A stretch of 62,562 nucleotides of DNA, the filler included, from Sandaracinaceae bacterium (GTDB lineage Bacteria; Myxococcota_A; Polyangia; Polyangiales; JADJQN01), in NCBI GenBank assembly GCA_947483975.1. It is 10 parts of 10 records of this genome, joined end to end, with 100 filler letters (N's around TTAATTAATTAA, not from the genome) between each part and the next. Parts side by side here need not be neighbours in the genome. Positions count along the whole stretch, not along the records: positions 56,482 to 62,562 come from CANKOL010000314.1; 9 more parts are not named here. One strand, written 5' to 3'. Shown one piece after another: positions 59,854-62,562 of this stretch. The position numbers and the translations under genes were made by a program. The notes under the pieces are model-generated. The model searched no databases. It saw nothing but the letters and a program-made list of their open reading frames with translations, and had not been told where the DNA came from. The stretch's first letter is position 1. The number at the start of each line of letters is the position of its first letter.

Positions 59854-60017
59854 ATACCTACGTCACCGCGCCGGTCGGGTGACGTGCTCGTCGGCCGGGG
59901 CCCGCGTTCTCGCGAGCCTTGGGTGACGAGGGTCGGGCTGTCCCGGCAGACAATCGCTGCGAGCGCGCCCGTCCGCTGCGCTCGTCCCCCGCCCTCCGCT
60001 GATCGCGGCGCTTTGCA

Positions 60018-60044
60018 GGAGGACGCGCTGGCGCGAGCCGTTGG
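60018..60044. repeat. 27-bp direct repeat, left copy
   Basis: GGAGGACGCGCTGGCGCGAGCCGTTGG, identical to 61849-61875. Confidence 0.9.
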
Positions 60045-60118
60045 TCGATCTCCGGCAGCTCGGCGAGAGACTCCGTTGTGGGTTCGTCAGGATCGATCGG
60101 CGTCGATTCGTCGCTCAT
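60045..60118 (-). pseudogene. 5' remnant of BrnA-like antitoxin
   Basis: PIDPDEPTTESLAELPEID overlaps the toxin 3' end; resemblance stops at the 27-bp repeat. Confidence 0.55.
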
Positions 60119-60300
60119 GTTTGGTCGCGCGGCGCGCGCTGAGGATCCGAAGGCGTGGGCCGACCTCGATAGAGACCACGGAGAGGATACGCGCGCGCCG
60201 ACATCGCCAACGAGTGGATCCGGTTCGGGTCGACCGCGTCCGCCACATCCAACGCCGTGGCGTCTTCTACGAGTGCGTGCGCCGGGCGCCTCAAAGCCAC
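60087..60300 (-). pseudogene. BrnT-family toxin remnant (N-terminus lost, frameshift)
   Basis: ...EDATALDVADAVDPNRIHSLAMSARA, then a frame change to RILSVVSIEVGPRLRILSARRATKHERR...*, matching the BrnT C-terminal RIISAR-A---ER motif. Confidence 0.75.
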
Positions 60301-60342
60301 TTCGCGTGGCGCCGACCTCGACGCCGCGCGTTCGTCAGCGGT

Positions 60343-61623
60343 TCAAACGCCGCCGAGCGTTCCAGCGACCTTCGCGATGACCGCGTCGAGCGCCCCCGTG
60401 AACGACTCCTGGCAGATCGATTGGACGATGCCATTGTCCCCAAAGCCCTCTGCGACTTGGACGATTCGACGCGGGGGAAACGCGACGCCGCGGCCAGGGA
60501 CGTTACACGAGGGCACGAGCCGCCCTGCTCCTGGAACGGAGGTATCTACCGCCTCGACCATGCGCGGGTCAGAGAGCAGCGCCGAGTAGTCCGGCGTTCC
60601 CGCCCCGACGAGGTCCGCCGGCACTCCAGTGATCGCGCCGACGACGAGCAACTCAGGGCGACCCGCGCGCAGGGCCTTGAAGCCGTCGACGTAGCGCGTC
60701 ACCGGCCACCGTGCGCCCGGGTAGTCGAAGCAGCGCAGGTTGAGATCGCCCGTGAAGCCCGAGGAGCCGCTGGTGTCGAAGATCCCCTCAGAGCCGGCCG
60801 CGACCGAGCAGTCGTCTTCGTCCGTGATTAGCAATACCGCGAGGAGCGAATCCGGGCGCAGAAAGCCAGCGTTCTCCGCGTCGCCGTGGCCATGCGTCCC
60901 GGCCAAGAAGGTGAGTGCAGAGCTCGAAGGCGTGAGCGCCTTGAGCGTCGACTCGAGCTGTTGCTCGAAGCCACAGCCATAGGTACCAGCCGTCGCGACG
61001 CAGCGGAAGTCGGCGCCGAACGCCTCAGGCGTCTGCGGGGATACGCCGGGCACGTACTCGAGGAAGGTCGGATAGACCGCGCTGCAGCCCGCGACCGCCG
61101 TGTTGCCGACCGTCCGGAGCAGGCCGTCGTCACCAAACATCGGCGCGGCACCGCACGTTGGGATCGCATAGCCAGCAACGCCCATATTGCTCGTGACGAC
61201 GCCGACGTGGAGGCTCGTCACCGGGCGGAAGTCATCGCTCGTGGGCCCGTCGCCCGTGCGATCGCCCGTCGAGAGGATTGTCACGAGACGCGGAAGCTCG
61301 GCGCCGAGGGACGCTTGCTCCTCTGCCATCGAACCGGAGGTATCGACCATGAACAGCAAATCGACTGTGTCGGCCATGACGACTGGGCCGGCGTCGGGGG
61401 CGGCCCCGTCAGGGGCACCGGCGTCGGCGGCACCGGCGTCAGGGTCGCCAGCGTCAGGGTCGCCAGCGTCAGGGTCGCCGGCGTCGACAACTCCGGAGTC
61501 GACGCCGCCATCGGTTGGGTTCGCCTCCGTCGTGGGGCAGCCGGGAAGCAGCAGAATCATCGACCCGATAATACAAAGCAGACTGGCCCGGCCAGCTCCG
61601 CGAAGGGTTCGAATCACAAACAC
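60343..61623 (-). CDS. myxobacterial VWA-like lipoprotein
   Basis: Lipobox LPGC, DAGDP repeats, MIDAS DLLFMVDTSGSM, GCGFEQQLE, FLRPDSLLAVLLITDEDDCS. Confidence 0.88.
   Translation of the reverse strand: MFVIRTLRGAGRASLLCIIGSMILLLPGCPTTEANPTDGGVDSGVVDAGDPDAGDPDAGDPDAGAADAGAPDGAAPDAGPVVMADTVDLLFMVDTSGSMAEEQASLGAELPRLVTILSTGDRTGDGPTSDDFRPVTSLHVGVVTSNMGVAGYAIPTCGAAPMFGDDGLLRTVGNTAVAGCSAVYPTFLEYVPGVSPQTPEAFGADFRCVATAGTYGCGFEQQLESTLKALTPSSSALTFLAGTHGHGDAENAGFLRPDSLLAVLLITDEDDCSVAAGSEGIFDTSGSSGFTGDLNLRCFDYPGARWPVTRYVDGFKALRAGRPELLVVGAITGVPADLVGAGTPDYSALLSDPRMVEAVDTSVPGAGRLVPSCNVPGRGVAFPPRRIVQVAEGFGDNGIVQSICQESFTGALDAVIAKVAGTLGGV
61436..61485. repeat. 15-bp coding repeat x3.3 (DAGDP)
   Basis: GCGTCAGGGTCGCC(A/G) units. 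Confidence 0.85.
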
Positions 61624-61848
61624 TCCATTCAGCGGCGGTGATGCCGACGCGTGCACTCGAAAAAGAAAAAAAACGACCTTACACAGAGCGGCGCGACCCT
61701 AGACAACCGAGAGTAGACGGTCAAGCGGGCGCGTAGGCCATCGGAACCGCCGGCTCGGCGCTTCGCCATGTGGCGGCGCCGCGCTGACCAAGGTTGAGGT
61801 CGTGCGAGCTGACGCGCAGCGCAACTCGACGCAGGGAGGCGATGGGCG

Positions 61849-61875
61849 GGAGGACGCGCTGGCGCGAGCCGTTGG
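61849..61875. repeat. 27-bp direct repeat, right copy
   Basis: Identical to 60018-60044. Confidence 0.9.
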
Positions 61876-61900
61876 GCTGTCGGGAGAGCGTGTTCGCCTG

Positions 61901-62434
61901 TCACTCCGGCAGCGGCGGGCACGCGAACGACGACGCCGCGGGCACTCGACGCCACTCGACGCGCGCGTTGACGGGGCGCGGGCCGAGGCCCGCAGCTGGC
62001 GTCAGCAGGCGCGACTCACCGTAGCCGCAGGGCACGAGGCGCGACGCGGGGACGCCGCCGGCGACGAGGCGGTCACGCAGCGCCTCGGCGACGCGCTGCG
62101 ACGCCAGCGCGTTGAACGCCGACGTGCGGAACGCCTCCGTGTGCACCTCGATCTCGAGCTGCACCGCCGCGCACTCGCGGAGCCTGCGGGCCACGGCGTC
62201 GACGGTCGGGAGGCTCTCGAGCGCCACGGTGCCCGCGAACAGGTCGAAGGCGATCGGACCCGAGAGCACGCGGTCCGCGCGCACGTCGACGCCGTCCGCG
62301 CTCTCCCGACAGCCCGGCGTCTGCACAGGCGTGGCGACGGGCGCTCGCGGCGAGGGAGGTGGCACCGCCGCGCGCGGTGGCTCGCGGTCACACGCGACGA
62401 GGCACAGCACGACCGCGAGGGAGAGCCTTCTCAT
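61901..62434 (-). CDS. OmpA-like C-terminal domain lipoprotein
   Basis: Lipobox LVAC; LEIEVHT, NALASQRVAEALRDRLV, GYGESR, NARVE. Confidence 0.8.
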   Translation of the reverse strand: MRRLSLAVVLCLVACDREPPRAAVPPPSPRAPVATPVQTPGCRESADGVDVRADRVLSGPIAFDLFAGTVALESLPTVDAVARRLRECAAVQLEIEVHTEAFRTSAFNALASQRVAEALRDRLVAGGVPASRLVPCGYGESRLLTPAAGLGPRPVNARVEWRRVPAASSFACPPLPE

Positions 62435-62562
62435 CCGAGCGCCACGTTCTCCACGCACCAGCGGACGCTACGCGACTGACCTGGAAAGCACAAAGGCCGA
62501 GGCGACCGCGACGATCTCAGACCTCGATGACTCGGAGGCGGGCGCGGACGCTCCGCAGTAGC

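Noticed and set aside
61840..61900. Bona fide integron attC site
   Set aside because: RYYYAAC is present on the minus strand, but I could not find a complementary GTTRRRY end or L boxes, and no integrase is in the window.
62460..62562. Possible gene end at the window edge
   Set aside because: Two minus-strand frames are plausible and neither can be supported.

Overview
This window is not one locus. It is ten roughly 6.1-6.3 kb contigs of a very GC-rich draft genome or MAG, joined by artificial 100-nt linkers (N44-TTAATTAATTAA-N44). The interior contigs are sorted by decreasing length, so synteny is only valid within a contig. Gene content points to a myxobacterium, probably Polyangiales/Sandaracinus-like: Cys-rich and DAG/DLG-linker lipoproteins, Uma2 paralogs, an FHA-TM-TPR protein and VWA-like lipoproteins. 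Housekeeping blocks are PPIase/SurA, a GldA/F/G-like ABC system with DUF4340, merR-iscSUA-hscBA-fdx, tetR-etfBA, M48 protease plus dynamin, argH-lysA, TatT-DctP, gatCAB-mtnA and sucA. Features not explained by standard annotation: (1) two different intergenic tandem arrays with an exact 42-bp period and internal dyads, one in frame with and partly embedded in a gene's 3' end; (2) a (GCCTC)10 microsatellite in the signal-peptide region of a Cys-rich lipoprotein, a candidate phase-variation switch; (3) a Cys-tailed MerR regulator with a dyad operator in the IscR position of the isc operon; (4) a perfect 27-bp direct repeat flanking a VWA-lipoprotein/brnTA-remnant segment; (5) three type II TA modules whose toxins are each broken differently; (6) tandem DUF1566 genes with a DGR-variable-region-like codon pattern. 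No rRNA, tRNA, CRISPR array, transposase, integrase or reverse transcriptase was recognised. All family calls come from reading motifs by eye, not from database searches.
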